Positions 1 to 11,284 of a DNA stretch of 14,084 bases are shown here, one piece after another. The first letter of the stretch is position 1. Each line of letters starts with the position of its first letter. This DNA is from Naegleria gruberi (taxonomy: Eukaryota). The translations under genes were made by a program, and so were the position numbers. The stretch lies in assembly GCA_000004985.1 (NCBI GenBank), contig GG738977.1, one strand, 5' to 3'. Below the pieces are notes generated by a model. That model was not told where the DNA came from, did not search any database, and saw nothing but the letters and a program-made list of their open reading frames with translations.

Positions 1-205
1 TTGTATCACAAATTACATTATTCGAATCATTGTCTACATTAGATGTTTCGTACGATGTCTGAGTGGAAACTTTTTGGTTTTCTTCCAACACTTGTGGATT
101 ACTGGCACTTATTGTTTTATCAACTTGTATTTGTTCAAGATTAGTTTGAGTTTCTGCCAGCAGTGTCAAGTATAATCTCATCAAATTATCAAATAAGCGA
201 TCCAT
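1..205 (-). CDS. hypothetical protein, N-terminal part (partial; continues past window start)
   Basis: The reverse complement of 1..205 has an ATG at 205..203 (plus-strand cat at 203-205), followed by 68 stop-free codons (MDRLFDNLMRLYLTLLAETQTNLEQIQVDKTISASNPQVLEENQKVSTQTSYETSNVDNDSNNVICDT...) to the window edge. It is absent from the ORF track only because no stop lies inside the window. Sixty-eight open codons are unlikely by chance in about 30% GC DNA. No family was recognised. Confidence 0.35.
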   Translation of the reverse strand, partial: MDRLFDNLMRLYLTLLAETQTNLEQIQVDKTISASNPQVLEENQKVSTQTSYETSNVDNDSNNVICDT

Positions 206-856
206 TGAATTGGTTTTCATTCTTTTTTCTTTTAATGCTCTAAAGACTAAGGAAAGATGTTGAAAGAAGTTTATCCTCCCTATTTAAAGTGATACAATAA
301 TCCAGTTTTTAAACCTCCCTTTCAGATAGTTTCGTATATTGCATCCATGAAGAGAAAGTTGATAAATACTTCGCATAAGAGATGTTAACCACAGTTTTTT
401 AACGAATACCTGTTCGACTTGTATAGAATTCAAAAACACCAAAAATTTTTAAATTCTTTTTATTCGAATAAACAAACTTCATGAATCTTTCTACAAAAAT
501 GGACAAATTTAAGAAGAGACTGAATATAGAACACAACTCAATGCAGATGAGATGAGGATTTTGTCATACAATTCAAGAACCATTGGCCATATACTCTGAT
601 ACTGTCAAACAGAGAACATGTCAACTGTATTGAAAAAGTTTTCTCAGTTTTTTATTGGTCAACTGTTATCTGGCTACTCTCTCCAACAAACGGCTCCATG
701 AGAGATGTGTTAAGTTCAGGAGAAGACTTACGCTATCTGTCTCCACATTATTCGAAATGAAATTAATTGCCATTGATAATGTTATCAGAATGCTGTTAAT
801 CCTCACCACCCTAACTTTACAAAATATTCTTTACAATCAAATAATTTTAAAAAAAA
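206..856. promoter_or_regulatory. divergent intergenic region between the minus-strand ATG at 205 and the plus-strand ATG at 857 (putative bidirectional promoter)
   Basis: This 651-bp non-coding stretch separates two divergently oriented ORF starts. It is A/T-rich and contains a TATTTAAA-like motif near 281-290. No specific elements were verified. Confidence 0.3.
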
Positions 857-1537
857 ATGTCTGTAAAGGTTGAGCTGATAGATTTTCTTCCGTCCCAATT
901 TACTTCCACTGATGATGATCATCACGATAATAATAATTTAATTAACCTCCTAAAATATAAAATTAATATCATCCCCACCAAACGATACTCTCTCGAATTT
1001 TCATCACTGAATGTTAGTGGTTATTATTCTGCATGGCATGTTGGTCCGAATTGTTTTGATATTGTTCTTTCCAATGATTATTATAGATTTATTGTAACGA
1101 ATGGTTCGGCACTGAGTGTTTTTCCGAGAGCAGAGACAGCTGAAGAGTATGAAAACAAGTTAATTGGAAGGGAGGCCTTGTTTGAAGTTGTGTTTGAGGA
1201 AATTACTTGTTTTAATTGTTTGAAATTGATTAAGGAGAAGGATGAGGAATATATTTATGCATCTACTGATCCATATGTTGTAAAGATTAAGGTTTCTGAT
1301 ATAATGAGGAAGAATCCACTTCTTGTTTGGAAATCTAAAGAAACTTACTATAATATCTGGGGATTGGATGTTATGGGATCCCAACTCTATGTTGTGGATT
1401 ATGAAAAATCAGTTATGATATTAGATCGTGAACATGGAGATCATTTACAATATTTAGATGATGATATTGGGAAAATTGAGGGTGGTGGTTTTGGTATTCA
1501 TTGCTTTTCTGAGAATGAAATATTAATGAGTCATAAT
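857..1537 (+). CDS. hypothetical protein, 5' part (ORF runs into the N gap)
   Basis: The ATG at 857-859 follows an A-run (aaaaaaaaATGtct), which is the recurring start context in this window. From there 226 stop-free codons reach the gap edge at 1537. The protein (…NIWGLDVMGSQLYVVDYEKSVMILDREHGDHLQYLDD…GGGFGIHCFSENEILMSHN) looks vaguely like beta-propeller repeats but I do not recognise it. Confidence 0.55.
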
Positions 1538-4500
1538 NNNNNNNNNNNNNNNNNNNNNNNNNNNNNNNNNNNNNNNNNNNNNNNNNNNNNNNNNNNNNNN
1601 NNNNNNNNNNNNNNNNNNNNNNNNNNNNNNNNNNNNNNNNNNNNNNNNNNNNNNNNNNNNNNNNNNNNNNNNNNNNNNNNNNNNNNNNNNNNNNNNNNNN
1701 NNNNNNNNNNNNNNNNNNNNNNNNNNNNNNNNNNNNNNNNNNNNNNNNNNNNNNNNNNNNNNNNNNNNNNNNNNNNNNNNNNNNNNNNNNNNNNNNNNNN
1801 NNNNNNNNNNNNNNNNNNNNNNNNNNNNNNNNNNNNNNNNNNNNNNNNNNNNNNNNNNNNNNNNNNNNNNNNNNNNNNNNNNNNNNNNNNNNNNNNNNNN
1901 NNNNNNNNNNNNNNNNNNNNNNNNNNNNNNNNNNNNNNNNNNNNNNNNNNNNNNNNNNNNNNNNNNNNNNNNNNNNNNNNNNNNNNNNNNNNNNNNNNNN
2001 NNNNNNNNNNNNNNNNNNNNNNNNNNNNNNNNNNNNNNNNNNNNNNNNNNNNNNNNNNNNNNNNNNNNNNNNNNNNNNNNNNNNNNNNNNNNNNNNNNNN
2101 NNNNNNNNNNNNNNNNNNNNNNNNNNNNNNNNNNNNNNNNNNNNNNNNNNNNNNNNNNNNNNNNNNNNNNNNNNNNNNNNNNNNNNNNNNNNNNNNNNNN
2201 NNNNNNNNNNNNNNNNNNNNNNNNNNNNNNNNNNNNNNNNNNNNNNNNNNNNNNNNNNNNNNNNNNNNNNNNNNNNNNNNNNNNNNNNNNNNNNNNNNNN
2301 NNNNNNNNNNNNNNNNNNNNNNNNNNNNNNNNNNNNNNNNNNNNNNNNNNNNNNNNNNNNNNNNNNNNNNNNNNNNNNNNNNNNNNNNNNNNNNNNNNNN
2401 NNNNNNNNNNNNNNNNNNNNNNNNNNNNNNNNNNNNNNNNNNNNNNNNNNNNNNNNNNNNNNNNNNNNNNNNNNNNNNNNNNNNNNNNNNNNNNNNNNNN
2501 NNNNNNNNNNNNNNNNNNNNNNNNNNNNNNNNNNNNNNNNNNNNNNNNNNNNNNNNNNNNNNNNNNNNNNNNNNNNNNNNNNNNNNNNNNNNNNNNNNNN
2601 NNNNNNNNNNNNNNNNNNNNNNNNNNNNNNNNNNNNNNNNNNNNNNNNNNNNNNNNNNNNNNNNNNNNNNNNNNNNNNNNNNNNNNNNNNNNNNNNNNNN
2701 NNNNNNNNNNNNNNNNNNNNNNNNNNNNNNNNNNNNNNNNNNNNNNNNNNNNNNNNNNNNNNNNNNNNNNNNNNNNNNNNNNNNNNNNNNNNNNNNNNNN
2801 NNNNNNNNNNNNNNNNNNNNNNNNNNNNNNNNNNNNNNNNNNNNNNNNNNNNNNNNNNNNNNNNNNNNNNNNNNNNNNNNNNNNNNNNNNNNNNNNNNNN
2901 NNNNNNNNNNNNNNNNNNNNNNNNNNNNNNNNNNNNNNNNNNNNNNNNNNNNNNNNNNNNNNNNNNNNNNNNNNNNNNNNNNNNNNNNNNNNNNNNNNNN
3001 NNNNNNNNNNNNNNNNNNNNNNNNNNNNNNNNNNNNNNNNNNNNNNNNNNNNNNNNNNNNNNNNNNNNNNNNNNNNNNNNNNNNNNNNNNNNNNNNNNNN
3101 NNNNNNNNNNNNNNNNNNNNNNNNNNNNNNNNNNNNNNNNNNNNNNNNNNNNNNNNNNNNNNNNNNNNNNNNNNNNNNNNNNNNNNNNNNNNNNNNNNNN
3201 NNNNNNNNNNNNNNNNNNNNNNNNNNNNNNNNNNNNNNNNNNNNNNNNNNNNNNNNNNNNNNNNNNNNNNNNNNNNNNNNNNNNNNNNNNNNNNNNNNNN
3301 NNNNNNNNNNNNNNNNNNNNNNNNNNNNNNNNNNNNNNNNNNNNNNNNNNNNNNNNNNNNNNNNNNNNNNNNNNNNNNNNNNNNNNNNNNNNNNNNNNNN
3401 NNNNNNNNNNNNNNNNNNNNNNNNNNNNNNNNNNNNNNNNNNNNNNNNNNNNNNNNNNNNNNNNNNNNNNNNNNNNNNNNNNNNNNNNNNNNNNNNNNNN
3501 NNNNNNNNNNNNNNNNNNNNNNNNNNNNNNNNNNNNNNNNNNNNNNNNNNNNNNNNNNNNNNNNNNNNNNNNNNNNNNNNNNNNNNNNNNNNNNNNNNNN
3601 NNNNNNNNNNNNNNNNNNNNNNNNNNNNNNNNNNNNNNNNNNNNNNNNNNNNNNNNNNNNNNNNNNNNNNNNNNNNNNNNNNNNNNNNNNNNNNNNNNNN
3701 NNNNNNNNNNNNNNNNNNNNNNNNNNNNNNNNNNNNNNNNNNNNNNNNNNNNNNNNNNNNNNNNNNNNNNNNNNNNNNNNNNNNNNNNNNNNNNNNNNNN
3801 NNNNNNNNNNNNNNNNNNNNNNNNNNNNNNNNNNNNNNNNNNNNNNNNNNNNNNNNNNNNNNNNNNNNNNNNNNNNNNNNNNNNNNNNNNNNNNNNNNNN
3901 NNNNNNNNNNNNNNNNNNNNNNNNNNNNNNNNNNNNNNNNNNNNNNNNNNNNNNNNNNNNNNNNNNNNNNNNNNNNNNNNNNNNNNNNNNNNNNNNNNNN
4001 NNNNNNNNNNNNNNNNNNNNNNNNNNNNNNNNNNNNNNNNNNNNNNNNNNNNNNNNNNNNNNNNNNNNNNNNNNNNNNNNNNNNNNNNNNNNNNNNNNNN
4101 NNNNNNNNNNNNNNNNNNNNNNNNNNNNNNNNNNNNNNNNNNNNNNNNNNNNNNNNNNNNNNNNNNNNNNNNNNNNNNNNNNNNNNNNNNNNNNNNNNNN
4201 NNNNNNNNNNNNNNNNNNNNNNNNNNNNNNNNNNNNNNNNNNNNNNNNNNNNNNNNNNNNNNNNNNNNNNNNNNNNNNNNNNNNNNNNNNNNNNNNNNNN
4301 NNNNNNNNNNNNNNNNNNNNNNNNNNNNNNNNNNNNNNNNNNNNNNNNNNNNNNNNNNNNNNNNNNNNNNNNNNNNNNNNNNNNNNNNNNNNNNNNNNNN
4401 NNNNNNNNNNNNNNNNNNNNNNNNNNNNNNNNNNNNNNNNNNNNNNNNNNNNNNNNNNNNNNNNNNNNNNNNNNNNNNNNNNNNNNNNNNNNNNNNNNNN

Positions 4501-6697
4501 NNNNNNNNNNNNNNNNNNNNNNNNNNNNNNNNNNNNNNNNNNNNNNNNNNNNNNNNNNNNNNNNNNNNNNNNNNNNNNNNNNNNNNNNNNNNNNNNNNNN
4601 NNNNNNNNNNNNNNNNNNNNNNNNNNNNNNNNNNNNNNNNNNNNNNNNNNNNNNNNNNNNNNNNNNNNNNNNNNNNNNNNNNNNNNNNNNNNNNNNNNNN
4701 NNNNNNNNNNNNNNNNNNNNNNNNNNNNNNNNNNNNNNNNNNNNNNNNNNNNNNNNNNNNNNNNNNNNNNNNNNNNNNNNNNNNNNNNNNNNNNNNNNNN
4801 NNNNNNNNNNNNNNNNNNNNNNNNNNNNNNNNNNNNNNNNNNNNNNNNNNNNNNNNNNNNNNNNNNNNNNNNNNNNNNNNNNNNNNNNNNNNNNNNNNNN
4901 NNNNNNNNNNNNNNNNNNNNNNNNNNNNNNNNNNNNNNNNNNNNNNNNNNNNNNNNNNNNNNNNNNNNNNNNNNNNNNNNNNNNNNNNNNNNNNNNNNNN
5001 NNNNNNNNNNNNNNNNNNNNNNNNNNNNNNNNNNNNNNNNNNNNNNNNNNNNNNNNNNNNNNNNNNNNNNNNNNNNNNNNNNNNNNNNNNNNNNNNNNNN
5101 NNNNNNNNNNNNNNNNNNNNNNNNNNNNNNNNNNNNNNNNNNNNNNNNNNNNNNNNNNNNNNNNNNNNNNNNNNNNNNNNNNNNNNNNNNNNNNNNNNNN
5201 NNNNNNNNNNNNNNNNNNNNNNNNNNNNNNNNNNNNNNNNNNNNNNNNNNNNNNNNNNNNNNNNNNNNNNNNNNNNNNNNNNNNNNNNNNNNNNNNNNNN
5301 NNNNNNNNNNNNNNNNNNNNNNNNNNNNNNNNNNNNNNNNNNNNNNNNNNNNNNNNNNNNNNNNNNNNNNNNNNNNNNNNNNNNNNNNNNNNNNNNNNNN
5401 NNNNNNNNNNNNNNNNNNNNNNNNNNNNNNNNNNNNNNNNNNNNNNNNNNNNNNNNNNNNNNNNNNNNNNNNNNNNNNNNNNNNNNNNNNNNNNNNNNNN
5501 NNNNNNNNNNNNNNNNNNNNNNNNNNNNNNNNNNNNNNNNNNNNNNNNNNNNNNNNNNNNNNNNNNNNNNNNNNNNNNNNNNNNNNNNNNNNNNNNNNNN
5601 NNNNNNNNNNNNNNNNNNNNNNNNNNNNNNNNNNNNNNNNNNNNNNNNNNNNNNNNNNNNNNNNNNNNNNNNNNNNNNNNNNNNNNNNNNNNNNNNNNNN
5701 NNNNNNNNNNNNNNNNNNNNNNNNNNNNNNNNNNNNNNNNNNNNNNNNNNNNNNNNNNNNNNNNNNNNNNNNNNNNNNNNNNNNNNNNNNNNNNNNNNNN
5801 NNNNNNNNNNNNNNNNNNNNNNNNNNNNNNNNNNNNNNNNNNNNNNNNNNNNNNNNNNNNNNNNNNNNNNNNNNNNNNNNNNNNNNNNNNNNNNNNNNNN
5901 NNNNNNNNNNNNNNNNNNNNNNNNNNNNNNNNNNNNNNNNNNNNNNNNNNNNNNNNNNNNNNNNNNNNNNNNNNNNNNNNNNNNNNNNNNNNNNNNNNNN
6001 NNNNNNNNNNNNNNNNNNNNNNNNNNNNNNNNNNNNNNNNNNNNNNNNNNNNNNNNNNNNNNNNNNNNNNNNNNNNNNNNNNNNNNNNNNNNNNNNNNNN
6101 NNNNNNNNNNNNNNNNNNNNNNNNNNNNNNNNNNNNNNNNNNNNNNNNNNNNNNNNNNNNNNNNNNNNNNNNNNNNNNNNNNNNNNNNNNNNNNNNNNNN
6201 NNNNNNNNNNNNNNNNNNNNNNNNNNNNNNNNNNNNNNNNNNNNNNNNNNNNNNNNNNNNNNNNNNNNNNNNNNNNNNNNNNNNNNNNNNNNNNNNNNNN
6301 NNNNNNNNNNNNNNNNNNNNNNNNNNNNNNNNNNNNNNNNNNNNNNNNNNNNNNNNNNNNNNNNNNNNNNNNNNNNNNNNNNNNNNNNNNNNNNNNNNNN
6401 NNNNNNNNNNNNNNNNNNNNNNNNNNNNNNNNNNNNNNNNNNNNNNNNNNNNNNNNNNNNNNNNNNNNNNNNNNNNNNNNNNNNNNNNNNNNNNNNNNNN
6501 NNNNNNNNNNNNNNNNNNNNNNNNNNNNNNNNNNNNNNNNNNNNNNNNNNNNNNNNNNNNNNNNNNNNNNNNNNNNNNNNNNNNNNNNNNNNNNNNNNNN
6601 NNNNNNNNNNNNNNNNNNNNNNNNNNNNNNNNNNNNNNNNNNNNNNNNNNNNNNNNNNNNNNNNNNNNNNNNNNNNNNNNNNNNNNNNNNNNNNNNN
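1538..6697. other. run of 5160 N (assembly gap or masked sequence)
   Basis: The Ns are directly visible. The 1963-aa plus ORF and the 1723-aa minus ORF in the track are artifacts of translating N as X. Confidence 1.
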
Positions 6698-6838
6698 ATC
6701 AACTCGTATGGTAAAATGGAAGAATTATTAAGTTATTGGAATAAATAATTTTAAGTATAGACAAGAAGATTACCTTTCATGGATGGTATTTGTACAAATC
6801 AAATGCACGAAAGAAAATGAATTTTTTCTTTTTATACT

Positions 6839-7762
6839 TCAGTACACTTCAAGATCAATTAAATATTTCAGTTCAGTACAGATATATTCCTTGCCTATTT
6901 TGCCAATGTTATTATTCTTAATATTGAGCTGTGTTAATTGTTTCATTTCACAAATGTATTTAGCTCCTGCTTCACTTATTTCAACACCTGAAATACTTAA
7001 TCTAGTCAATTGATTCAATTTCTTAATATGTTTAGCTCCTTCATCACCAATTACATTCTCACCAATGTTAAGATCAGTTAATTGTTTCATTTCGCTAATG
7101 TATTTAACCCCCTCAACTCTGACATTGTTATAACTAATAGAAAGCTTGGTTAAATGCTTCAATTGACTAATGTATTTGGCACCTTCAACACCAATGTAAT
7201 TGTTTCCAATTTTGAGATTTTTCAATTGTTTCAATTCACTAATGTGTTTTGCACCCTCGTCTCCAATATTATTAAAACAAATATCTAGGTTTGTCAATTG
7301 TTTCAATTGACTAATGTATTTGGCTCCTTCCACTCCAACAAAATTACCACTCACTCCAAGAAAAGTTAATTGTTTCAATTGACTGATGTGTTTAGCCCCT
7401 TCAACACCAATATCATTAAAACAAGCTCGAAGATGTGATAAACGTTTCATCAGACCAAGTATTTGATAATCAAATTCGACAGTTCCAAATCTCACCACCA
7501 AAGTTGCAATATTTTGTAAAAATCGACCTTTCAAATTGTTACTATAACATCGAAAACAAAGTCTTGATCTTTCCAATATGACATTCAACCACTGTTTCGA
7601 AACTAATGCACAATTCAATACAATGAATTTAAAATCATCATAGAAGGATAAAATTTCACCCAGAATATCATCATTGAAAACTTCATGAGTGAGTTTCGTC
7701 TTTTTTGTTTCAGATCCAACATTTGCTTCATCAACAAGAGTTTCAATTGTTCGTTTTATCAT
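6839..7762 (-). CDS. F-box domain protein with 8 tandem RNI-like leucine-rich repeats
   Basis: The track ORF 6839..7789 begins at a TTG. The first in-frame ATG is at 7762..7760, in the context aaaaaaATGata. The N-terminus has an F-box-like motif, DDILGEILSFYDDFKFIVLNCALVSKQW (compare the consensus LPxEILxxIFSYLxxxDLxxxxLVCKRW). Eight 24-aa units of the form LxxLxxLxIxxNxIGxEGAKxISxLKQ follow, which is the ribonuclease-inhibitor type of LRR. The stop codon TGA lies at 6841..6839. Confidence 0.75.
   Translation of the reverse strand: MIKRTIETLVDEANVGSETKKTKLTHEVFNDDILGEILSFYDDFKFIVLNCALVSKQWLNVILERSRLCFRCYSNNLKGRFLQNIATLVVRFGTVEFDYQILGLMKRLSHLRACFNDIGVEGAKHISQLKQLTFLGVSGNFVGVEGAKYISQLKQLTNLDICFNNIGDEGAKHISELKQLKNLKIGNNYIGVEGAKYISQLKHLTKLSISYNNVRVEGVKYISEMKQLTDLNIGENVIGDEGAKHIKKLNQLTRLSISGVEISEAGAKYICEMKQLTQLNIKNNNIGKIGKEYICTELKYLIDLEVY
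6865..7441 (-). repeat. 72-bp periodic tandem repeat block within the coding sequence (8 LRR units)
   Basis: The DNA-level periodicity is visible as recurring caattgtttcaattgactaatgtatttggc...cc-ttc-acaccaat blocks. Each block matches one 24-aa LRR unit of the F-box/LRR protein. Confidence 0.75.
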
Positions 7763-7832
7763 TTTTTTAAAAAGTTTCAAATCATTCAAATGTCCAGATT
7801 TGGATTTATATTTTAAATGGCTTTACAAAACG

Positions 7833-10328
7833 NNNNNNNNNNNNNNNNNNNNNNNNNNNNNNNNNNNNNNNNNNNNNNNNNNNNNNNNNNNNNNNNNNNN
7901 NNNNNNNNNNNNNNNNNNNNNNNNNNNNNNNNNNNNNNNNNNNNNNNNNNNNNNNNNNNNNNNNNNNNNNNNNNNNNNNNNNNNNNNNNNNNNNNNNNNN
8001 NNNNNNNNNNNNNNNNNNNNNNNNNNNNNNNNNNNNNNNNNNNNNNNNNNNNNNNNNNNNNNNNNNNNNNNNNNNNNNNNNNNNNNNNNNNNNNNNNNNN
8101 NNNNNNNNNNNNNNNNNNNNNNNNNNNNNNNNNNNNNNNNNNNNNNNNNNNNNNNNNNNNNNNNNNNNNNNNNNNNNNNNNNNNNNNNNNNNNNNNNNNN
8201 NNNNNNNNNNNNNNNNNNNNNNNNNNNNNNNNNNNNNNNNNNNNNNNNNNNNNNNNNNNNNNNNNNNNNNNNNNNNNNNNNNNNNNNNNNNNNNNNNNNN
8301 NNNNNNNNNNNNNNNNNNNNNNNNNNNNNNNNNNNNNNNNNNNNNNNNNNNNNNNNNNNNNNNNNNNNNNNNNNNNNNNNNNNNNNNNNNNNNNNNNNNN
8401 NNNNNNNNNNNNNNNNNNNNNNNNNNNNNNNNNNNNNNNNNNNNNNNNNNNNNNNNNNNNNNNNNNNNNNNNNNNNNNNNNNNNNNNNNNNNNNNNNNNN
8501 NNNNNNNNNNNNNNNNNNNNNNNNNNNNNNNNNNNNNNNNNNNNNNNNNNNNNNNNNNNNNNNNNNNNNNNNNNNNNNNNNNNNNNNNNNNNNNNNNNNN
8601 NNNNNNNNNNNNNNNNNNNNNNNNNNNNNNNNNNNNNNNNNNNNNNNNNNNNNNNNNNNNNNNNNNNNNNNNNNNNNNNNNNNNNNNNNNNNNNNNNNNN
8701 NNNNNNNNNNNNNNNNNNNNNNNNNNNNNNNNNNNNNNNNNNNNNNNNNNNNNNNNNNNNNNNNNNNNNNNNNNNNNNNNNNNNNNNNNNNNNNNNNNNN
8801 NNNNNNNNNNNNNNNNNNNNNNNNNNNNNNNNNNNNNNNNNNNNNNNNNNNNNNNNNNNNNNNNNNNNNNNNNNNNNNNNNNNNNNNNNNNNNNNNNNNN
8901 NNNNNNNNNNNNNNNNNNNNNNNNNNNNNNNNNNNNNNNNNNNNNNNNNNNNNNNNNNNNNNNNNNNNNNNNNNNNNNNNNNNNNNNNNNNNNNNNNNNN
9001 NNNNNNNNNNNNNNNNNNNNNNNNNNNNNNNNNNNNNNNNNNNNNNNNNNNNNNNNNNNNNNNNNNNNNNNNNNNNNNNNNNNNNNNNNNNNNNNNNNNN
9101 NNNNNNNNNNNNNNNNNNNNNNNNNNNNNNNNNNNNNNNNNNNNNNNNNNNNNNNNNNNNNNNNNNNNNNNNNNNNNNNNNNNNNNNNNNNNNNNNNNNN
9201 NNNNNNNNNNNNNNNNNNNNNNNNNNNNNNNNNNNNNNNNNNNNNNNNNNNNNNNNNNNNNNNNNNNNNNNNNNNNNNNNNNNNNNNNNNNNNNNNNNNN
9301 NNNNNNNNNNNNNNNNNNNNNNNNNNNNNNNNNNNNNNNNNNNNNNNNNNNNNNNNNNNNNNNNNNNNNNNNNNNNNNNNNNNNNNNNNNNNNNNNNNNN
9401 NNNNNNNNNNNNNNNNNNNNNNNNNNNNNNNNNNNNNNNNNNNNNNNNNNNNNNNNNNNNNNNNNNNNNNNNNNNNNNNNNNNNNNNNNNNNNNNNNNNN
9501 NNNNNNNNNNNNNNNNNNNNNNNNNNNNNNNNNNNNNNNNNNNNNNNNNNNNNNNNNNNNNNNNNNNNNNNNNNNNNNNNNNNNNNNNNNNNNNNNNNNN
9601 NNNNNNNNNNNNNNNNNNNNNNNNNNNNNNNNNNNNNNNNNNNNNNNNNNNNNNNNNNNNNNNNNNNNNNNNNNNNNNNNNNNNNNNNNNNNNNNNNNNN
9701 NNNNNNNNNNNNNNNNNNNNNNNNNNNNNNNNNNNNNNNNNNNNNNNNNNNNNNNNNNNNNNNNNNNNNNNNNNNNNNNNNNNNNNNNNNNNNNNNNNNN
9801 NNNNNNNNNNNNNNNNNNNNNNNNNNNNNNNNNNNNNNNNNNNNNNNNNNNNNNNNNNNNNNNNNNNNNNNNNNNNNNNNNNNNNNNNNNNNNNNNNNNN
9901 NNNNNNNNNNNNNNNNNNNNNNNNNNNNNNNNNNNNNNNNNNNNNNNNNNNNNNNNNNNNNNNNNNNNNNNNNNNNNNNNNNNNNNNNNNNNNNNNNNNN
10001 NNNNNNNNNNNNNNNNNNNNNNNNNNNNNNNNNNNNNNNNNNNNNNNNNNNNNNNNNNNNNNNNNNNNNNNNNNNNNNNNNNNNNNNNNNNNNNNNNNNN
10101 NNNNNNNNNNNNNNNNNNNNNNNNNNNNNNNNNNNNNNNNNNNNNNNNNNNNNNNNNNNNNNNNNNNNNNNNNNNNNNNNNNNNNNNNNNNNNNNNNNNN
10201 NNNNNNNNNNNNNNNNNNNNNNNNNNNNNNNNNNNNNNNNNNNNNNNNNNNNNNNNNNNNNNNNNNNNNNNNNNNNNNNNNNNNNNNNNNNNNNNNNNNN
10301 NNNNNNNNNNNNNNNNNNNNNNNNNNNN
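7833..10328. other. run of 2496 N (assembly gap or masked sequence)
   Basis: The Ns are directly visible. The 903/841/895-aa ORFs in the track that span it are artifacts. Confidence 1.
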
Positions 10329-10609
10329 AACACCAATATTAAATATACGAGAAATCCTTCCTGCTGCTCTTTAATAAAACATAGCCATAATTTTTCTTGA
10401 CCATATGTGAGTTGAATACTTGCTCTATATCTTGATTTTGCAATTGTAAACCATTGCTTGGAAATTAGGCAACAATTCAATAAAACATCTTTCCAAGCTA
10501 GCCATTGCATAATTTCTTCACAAATATCATCGGGGAATAAGTTATCCTACTCCTTTCCTTCCATCATGATTGAATTACGATCAAATTCTTCTCTCATTCG
10601 CTTCTTCAT
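10329..10609 (-). CDS. F-box domain protein, paralog of the 6839..7762 gene; N-terminal 93 codons up to the gap, with one in-frame TAG (possible pseudogene or sequencing error)
   Basis: The ATG is at 10609..10607, in the context aaaaaaaATGaag. It reads MKKRMREEFDRNSIMMEGKE, then TAG at 10549..10547, then continues in the same frame as DNLFPDDICEEIMQWLAWKDVLLNCCLISKQWFTIAKS... The F-box motif spans the stop and the N-terminus (M-K/I-KR...) matches the neighbouring gene, so both sides belong to one reading frame. The track ORF 7823..10510 begins at the internal ATG of ...EEIMQW. The 3' part of the gene is hidden in the gap. Confidence 0.55.
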
Positions 10610-10739
10610 TTTTTTTAAATAAAAATTAATAAAAATAGATAGTATTGTTTAAAATAAGTGAAATATTATAGATAAATTATTATTTATTATTGTAAAATTA
10701 ACTATTTCAAAATAAACAAGAAATAAGGTGTTAGATTGT

Positions 10740-10743
10740 AAAA
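10740..10743 (-). terminator. Pol III T-run (TTTT) about 7 nt downstream of the tRNA-Lys 3' end
   Basis: After the tRNA 3' end the minus strand reads ATTCTATTTTACAATC. Four Ts is the minimal Pol III terminator. Confidence 0.45.
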
Positions 10744-10749
10744 TAGAAT

Positions 10750-10822
10750 CGCCCACCGTGGGGGTCGAACCCACGACCACAAGGTTAAGAGCCTTGCGCT
10801 CTACCGACTGAGCTAGACGGGC
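10750..10822 (-). tRNA. tRNA-Lys (anticodon CTT)
   Basis: The minus strand reads GCCCGTCTAGCTCAGTCGGTAGAGCGCAAGGCTCTTAACCTTGTGGTCGTGGGTTCGAACCCCCACGGTGGGCG (73 nt). It has a 7-bp acceptor stem with two G-U pairs, a GCTC/GAGC D stem, a CAAGG/CCTTG anticodon stem with loop CTCTTAA, a GTGGG/CCCAC T stem with a TTCGAAC loop, and discriminator G. A box (TAGCTCAGTCGG) and B box (GGTTCGAACCC) are present. It is nearly identical to eukaryotic tRNA-Lys(CUU). Confidence 0.9.
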
Positions 10823-10898
10823 TACATTGATTAACAAAACGTTTCCTTAATAACGATTTCTATGGTAAAATTCAAGTTTACTAATTGATTAACAAATT

Positions 10899-11284
10899 TC
10901 AATGTTCTGCAATTCTACAATAATCAGATTTTGATACATCAACTGCAATTCCTATTTTGTTGAATTCCTCTTCAATTTGTTGAATCACGATATCCCTATT
11001 CGGATTATTTTCAAGTTGAATATTATTATATCTCAAATCAACAAATTCTAACAATGTGAATTCTTTTCTCTGTAATTGGATTTGCTCTGCAATAAATAGA
11101 GCATCATTTTCTGTTATTGAACCTGATAATGATAAATCCAATACTCGAACTCTTTTTGCAATATTTGATTTCATAATAAGTGGTAAGAGTTGCGGAATAT
11201 TATAAGTATTTCTCAGACCAAAATATTCTGATGTTGGATACTTTCCATTCTCTGATTCTGAAAGCAGTTCTGTTAAATTTTTTT
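10899..11284 (-). CDS. terminal exon of a spliced gene; LRR-like C-terminal region (…IPQLLPLIMKSNIAKRVRVLDLSLSGSITENDALFIAEQIQLQRKEFTLLEFVDLRYNNIQ…AEH*)
   Basis: The track ORF 10899..11174 is open upstream in the same frame to a TAA at roughly 11307..11305. Three in-phase CAG acceptors lie upstream (exon start at 11284, 11269 or 11257). The candidate at 11257 has a TTTAAC branch-like motif 12 nt upstream. The stop is TGA at 10901..10899. Exon start is uncertain by about 30 nt. Confidence 0.55.

Noticed and set aside
655-873. 72-aa plus ORF straddling the 857 start codon in another frame
   Set aside because: It lies in the intergenic or 5' region, overlaps the better-supported 857 ORF out of frame, and has low complexity (ILTTLTLQNILYNQIILKKN). 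It is probably chance.
857-6748. 1963-aa plus ORF and 1723-aa minus ORF (1531..6702) spanning the first N block; likewise the 903/841/895-aa ORFs spanning 7833..10328
   Set aside because: They are open only because N translates to X and frame across a gap is arbitrary. Only 857..1537 and the gene N-terminus at 10329..10609 are real sequence. The 16-codon tail 6698..6748 (INSYGKMEELLSYWNK*) may be the C-terminus of some plus-strand gene, but it cannot be linked to the 857 ORF.
6865-7441. Regular 72-bp tandem repeats that could be taken for a minisatellite or CRISPR-like array
   Set aside because: The repeats are diverged at about 60-70% identity and translate in one frame into canonical 24-aa leucine-rich repeats within a long ORF. 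This is a eukaryotic sequence with no spacer-repeat architecture.
10649-10837. 62-aa minus ORF overlapping the tRNA-Lys gene, 67-aa minus ORF 12158..12361 overlapping the tRNA fragment, and plus ORFs 12568..12771 and 12597..12824
   Set aside because: They overlap structural RNA genes, or lie antisense to a much longer and more coherent ORF (12210..12920). They are short, AT-biased and lack an A-run ATG context, so they are most likely spurious.
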